A DNA stretch of 63,977 nt, the filler included, from Circinaria calcarea (taxonomy: Eukaryota): the NCBI GenBank assembly GCA_051942165.1. It is 7 parts of 7 records of this genome, joined end to end, with 100 filler letters (N's around TTAATTAATTAA, not from the genome) between each part and the next. Parts side by side here need not be neighbours in the genome. Positions count along the whole stretch, not along the records: positions 55,355 to 63,977 come from JAVECS010001080.1; 6 more parts are not named here. One strand, given 5' to 3'. Of this stretch, positions 60,769 to 63,977 are shown piece after piece. Both the position numbers and the translations under genes were made by a program. The notes under the pieces are model-generated. The model was not told the DNA's origin. It did not search any database and saw only the letters and a list, made by a program, of their open reading frames with translations. Numbering within the stretch: the first letter of the stretch is position 1; every line of letters starts with the position of its first letter.

Positions 60769-62491
60769 TCGCCGGCGGGATCAAGTCTGTGGACTGCTTT
60801 GCTGCTAAGCAGCACTAGTCCGATGGGATGACATATGCACTCGACACTTTTAATGTCCTACCCTCCGTCGGAGAAGCGTTAGGGATTTTTCATTCGGACG
60901 CCTATTGCGAACGCAAACCCTTGGCTTCTGAGGCCCGAGGGGTTGCTTGATCACCATCTCATAGGGAAGCAAGCGGTGCTAGGATAGGATGGGCACCCAT
61001 ATGGCCCCCAATCACAGGTCGCGACCTTTAGGGACTTCTTTGCTGCCAGCTACTGCCTACAGCCTACTGCTTGCTCTCGACGCAGGTACCGGCTTTATTA
61101 ATCCGATCAACTGTGCTAGACGATCGGACGCCAAGGAAGCATTCGGGTCGGATGATAGCCATCGGTCCACGGCCAGGTCATTGTCTATTGTATGAATCTG
61201 AGCTCCATGGACAATGAATGGCCTACTTGGAGCAGCGTAGTCGACAATGTCAAGCCCCGACCTTCCGGGCCGTGGGAAAGGCCCAGCGGCTTTGGGAGGT
61301 TAGGGAAAGCATGACATTAGCAGGGATGAGCCAGGCCCCCCTCGTACATGCAGGCCAGCCCTTCGCCGACTGTCGGTGGTGTCACTTCTGTCTAATTAAT
61401 TGATCTTCGTCGATCACCCAAACCAAAGGCCAGCCCCAGGGCCGTCGTAGTGAGCGGTCTAGTCTGGCTACAGAAAGATCAGGGGTTTCATCCTTCGCTC
61501 GACGCACGAACCAATCCGCGGCGGGAGATGGCAAGCTCCGCCGTTGGTTCTCTTGCACTGGGCCACCAGATTGAGAGAATCATACCTTGCCGCCACATCG
61601 AACCAGCCTACCACTCACACGCCAGCTCCAGCTCCCCCCTCCCCCTCCACCTGCCATGAGTCCCGACCAGGAAACCCAGCACCATGAACCCAGAGAGGGA
61701 AACCCACCCCCTCCTCCGTCCGCCGCCCTTCGGCCCTTCAACCTACGGCAGCCTCGTCTACCTTCAACTCACTCCAACAGCTATTTTTTTCTCCTTCTTT
61801 TTCCCGATGGCCAGGAAAGAGGTTTGAATTGTTTCAAGACGGACCAGGGCGGGACCACGTCGGGGCTTGGGCTTCGTCCTCCAATGATTCGTGTTGTTCC
61901 TTTACCCTTCTGAAAGGGATGTAGATCTTCTCTCTCTTGCCCGTTTCAACCCTTTTATTGGGACTCAAAACTGGCATCCTTGACTTCACACCGTTTTTTA
62001 CTGTTTCTCGTGGTCTCGGCATTTTACGAAGCGACTACGAGTCTTGGGTACCTACGTAGAGGACGAGCGATACCAGAGAGTCAGAGAGCCAAAGCCGGTA
62101 GATTATCGTGACACGGAGCGTGGCTCCCCCGCCGCTCACCTACATCTGTTAGTACCGATCTAACGCTTTTGCTGCCAACCACCTTTGACTCTGGCTATCT
62201 GGTCTTCAGGAGCCTGCTCCCTCTAAATGTCTGGCAGCTACCTCCAAAGTCTCCAAAGTTGCGTTGTCCCTGCCGGCACGTGTTATTAATACCCAACCCT
62301 GCCACACTGGCCGACACTCGGCCTTTCCGAGCTAAGGGCAAGAAACGTGAAACCAATTCTGCAGATGATTTGAGGCGCATGCTTTTAGGACCTCCTCCTT
62401 CTATATGGCTGCCGGGAAAAGGCTCACACTGAAACTCAAGTACAGCACCCGATCTTCACCTTCGGCTTCGTTTAAAACGAGATCACATACA

Positions 62492-63931
62492 ATGGTAGAA
62501 GCCAAAATGGATATGGCCGCCGATACCATGCTGCACTCACCCATCTACAACACCTCCGAACAAACCTCTTCACCCCTTCCGCTCGATCCTATAAGGTTGC
62601 TCTCATCATCTCAAAGCAATATGCCGTTGGTAGCAGCTCCTCTCGGCACGAGTCGACGGAGAAGACTATCCAAAGGAACGACAGGCGCAGTGATCAAAAG
62701 GTCGGCATCGACACCCAACGTTCGCGGCCTTGCAGCAAGCGAGGCAGCCATGTCGTTGGCAGACAAAAGGCGAAGCAAATTAGGATATCACCGTACTTCG
62801 GTGGCTTGCGGTAGGTAACCTCGAGAAGATGCTGCTTTTGACGGTAGCTGGCCCTCGGCTGACAACAATACTCCTAGTCCACTGCAGGAGACGGAAGATA
62901 CGGTGTTTGTTGGCGCCGGATGACCACCAGAACCGATGTCTGAACTGTATACGCCTGAAGAAAGAATGTAACTTCTATCCAGTCGATCAACAGCCCCCGG
63001 TTGAACGACGGCCTCGGACAGGGTCAAAGGCCGAGGGTAGGTCAGGGGATACGTCTGCCTCGTCCTCTTCGTCACCCGGGCTCGTCGGAGGTCAAATCAT
63101 TGAGCAGGTCGAGCATTTCAACCCTTATCATTCTCTAGCCATAGAGCATCAAGATTTTTCTGGCTCCTTGGCTCCCTTGAGCGCAGGTATTCTTTCACCA
63201 CCTGCAAGTGCTGGTCCGTGTCACGTCGTCTGTTCTGCTGGTCTCGTTTCACTGACTTCCTGCTAGTTCCGAGAGGATTCGGATTCTCGCAGCATCCCGA
63301 TCGATCGCATTGGGAATCGACCTTCTTCGAAAGTGGTCCCTTCTCCGGAAACCAGCATGCACCAGGCGATCATTCTAATAATTACTGGAAAGCAGCGGAA
63401 ACCCCGATGACGCCAGCATTCTCTCCCTATTCTGCCGGGGCCCCAAATCCGATTTCCCAGCATACGCCCGACGTCGTCGGGACCGGCTTTGGCCCCTATG
63501 GAGGGTCACGGCAGGACCAGAATTGGCCGTTGCCAGGCAGATCCTTTTCTTTTGGCCATGTTGAGAACCATTCTCACGCGTACCCTAATCAGCCCGCCTA
63601 CCACCGTCAGCCCTATGAGCTTGATATCCAACGGCGGGCTTCCGAAATGCGACCGCCGTCCGTAGACACAAGCGGGAATTCTTCGAATACGTCAATGTCA
63701 GAGGCTCCAAGTGCACCTTTATCGGCACCTGTAACCACCCAGCCTATGCATCATTTCGGGCTAACTCCGGCTTGGCAAGCAATGCCGGGGCATTCGCCAG
63801 TCAACAAAGCGGTCGAATTTGCTGGTTGGTACTCGGAACCGGGCCAACTAGCAAAAGTGCAGGAGGAGGAATCAGGACCACATTTTGGCGGAGAAACTGC
63901 CATCTTATATTCAAATGCTAGACACCGGTGA
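62492..63931 (+). CDS. Zn(II)2Cys6 transcription factor, 3 exons
   Basis: KRRSKLGYHRTSVAC|(V)HCRRRKIRCLLAPDDHQNRCLNCIRLKKECNFYPVD; Pro/Ser-rich C-terminus. Confidence 0.9.
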
Positions 63932-63977
63932 CTCTGATTACAGGTCATTGCGAAAGATTTGATGTTTTGGTGCATGG

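Overview
Fungal (Pezizomycotina ascomycete) genomic DNA with spliceosomal introns. It is not one continuous locus: seven contigs of about 9.1 kb are concatenated through six identical 100-nt linkers (N44-TTAATTAATTAA-N44), so gene neighbourhood is only meaningful within a contig. Contig 1 (1-9144) is the most interesting. It is a compact island with AT-rich (RIP-like) flanks encoding a NACHT-TPR NLR, a small Cys-rich protein, a helical-N-terminal pseudokinase and a Ser/Thr kinase, an arrangement reminiscent of sensor/RIPK3/MLKL necroptosis. Contig 2 has a degenerate 5S rRNA copy and a P450/MFS/Pth11-like/hemerythrin cluster, with a 27-bp motif present three times. Contig 3 has wetA, SDH5, a divergent Zn2Cys6 + DJ-1/PfpI pair and snf1. 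Contig 4 has the TFIIIA 3' end, an MFS relic, a methyltransferase, a UbiA prenyltransferase pseudogene interrupted by a Mutator-like MITE, and a Pth11-like gene. Contig 5 has srs2, a divergent USP deubiquitinase, fpr2 and a cytochrome b5-domain gene. Contig 6 has the rqc1 5' end, an unknown UDG-fold-like/zinc-ribbon gene beside tRNA-Val(CAC), an MBL hydrolase and coronin. Contig 7 has an RBR E3 ligase and a Zn2Cys6 factor. All calls come from motif recognition by eye, and exon boundaries are approximate.
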